This document shows, piece by piece, positions 63,319-64,000 of a stretch of 64,000 nucleotides of DNA. The notes beneath the pieces are model-generated. The model searched no databases and was not told the DNA's origin. It saw nothing but the letters and a program-made list of their open reading frames with translations. This DNA comes from Massalongia carnosa (taxonomy: Eukaryota): the NCBI GenBank assembly GCA_965645245.1, contig OZ287072.1, forward strand, positions 2,418,001 through 2,482,000, read 5' to 3'. Position 1 is the stretch's first letter, and each line of letters opens with the position of its first letter. The translations under genes were made by a program, and so were the position numbers.

Positions 63319-64000
63319 ATGGCCATTGAATCTGGGATCAGCAACTACGTGCGCACAGACGGCAGGATTGCTTGGGAAGACGGCATGAAGATTGGAGATG
63401 GATATAATCTGGCCGGGCACAACACCCTCCAGTCACCTTTTCGAGAATTCAAGCATCCGGTGACGCCAGGCAAAAACATCTGCAAGATCCATCTTACGTA
63501 CGAGACGATGCGAAACCAAGAAGACATCATGAGGATTCTCGAATCGAGTGCTAGCGCATCTGTGATACATATGTTGATATCTGTGATACTCTCAATGGAG
63601 CTTTTGCAGACGGCGAAATGTAATACAACCAGCATGGTTACTATCATTCGATGTACGGCTACACTGCCCACCGACAACTTCGATGCTTCCTTGCAGTTTA
63701 CGGAGGAAGCCAAATCAAAAGCAAGCAGCGCTGAGGACTTTGTTCGAAGATTCGGCGAGTACTGCATCTCCGGCTGGACGTGTCAATCGACATTCTTCGC
63801 GATATGTGTCCACACAGCCAAAAGCTCGGATATTCTCGACGAATTTCAAGCAAAGCTAAATGTTGGCTTCAATGGCAGCGCAACAGGGGCGGGACTTGCT
63901 TCGGAATTCATGAGGAAGGTTACAGCAACGTCCAAGCATGTCAGCGTTAAGACCGAGATCGACTATGTTGGGTACAATGCCAAAAGGCTTGACAAAGACT
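63319..64000 (+). CDS. MACPF/CDC-like protein, copy 2 (partial, runs off the window)
   Basis: ATGGCCATTGAA at 63319 and a near-identical mirror of 48949-49630, open to the window edge. Confidence 0.65.
   Translation, partial: MAIESGISNYVRTDGRIAWEDGMKIGDGYNLAGHNTLQSPFREFKHPVTPGKNICKIHLTYETMRNQEDIMRILESSASASVIHMLISVILSMELLQTAKCNTTSMVTIIRCTATLPTDNFDASLQFTEEAKSKASSAEDFVRRFGEYCISGWTCQSTFFAICVHTAKSSDILDEFQAKLNVGFNGSATGAGLASEFMRKVTATSKHVSVKTEIDYVGYNAKRLDKD

Larger units (their letters stand above)
59490..64000 (+). repeat. Arm B' of the second inverted duplication (runs off the window)
   Basis: Reverse complement of 48949-53461, including the R copy at 60870-62652. Confidence 0.96.

Noticed and set aside
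1..64000. Starship giant transposon
   Set aside because: The cargo-like content is compatible, but no DUF3435 tyrosine-recombinase captain or element boundary is visible in this window.

Overview
Repeat-rich accessory region of a filamentous ascomycete genome, judged from GT-AG introns and fungal TE and NLR families. It holds four paralogs of one fungal NLR-like gene (SesB-like alpha/beta-hydrolase, NB-ARC, 126-bp TPR array): NLR1 (8240-12337 +, 11 TPR units), NLR2 (30166-34010 -, 10 units, C-terminus lost), NLR3 (52157-55371 -, 4 units) and a headless NLR4 (59490-60794 +, 4 units). They form two large inverted repeats. NLR3 is a visible chimera: NLR2-like up to an 18-bp window in its first TPR, and NLR4-identical after it. 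An intronless MACPF/CDC-like pore-forming gene lies downstream of NLR3 and NLR4 on the same strand and was co-duplicated with them. The rest is TE-derived or relic sequence: an intact Fot1/pogo element just upstream of NLR1; a nested Tc1 > (solo LTR, chromovirus gypsy > intact copia) stack; a degenerate pogo; a Tad1-like LINE carrying a second Tc1; a second solo LTR; and pseudogenes (DUF3433-like, kinase x2, LCCL-like, PD-(D/E)XK-like). All family calls come from motif recognition by eye, not from database searches.
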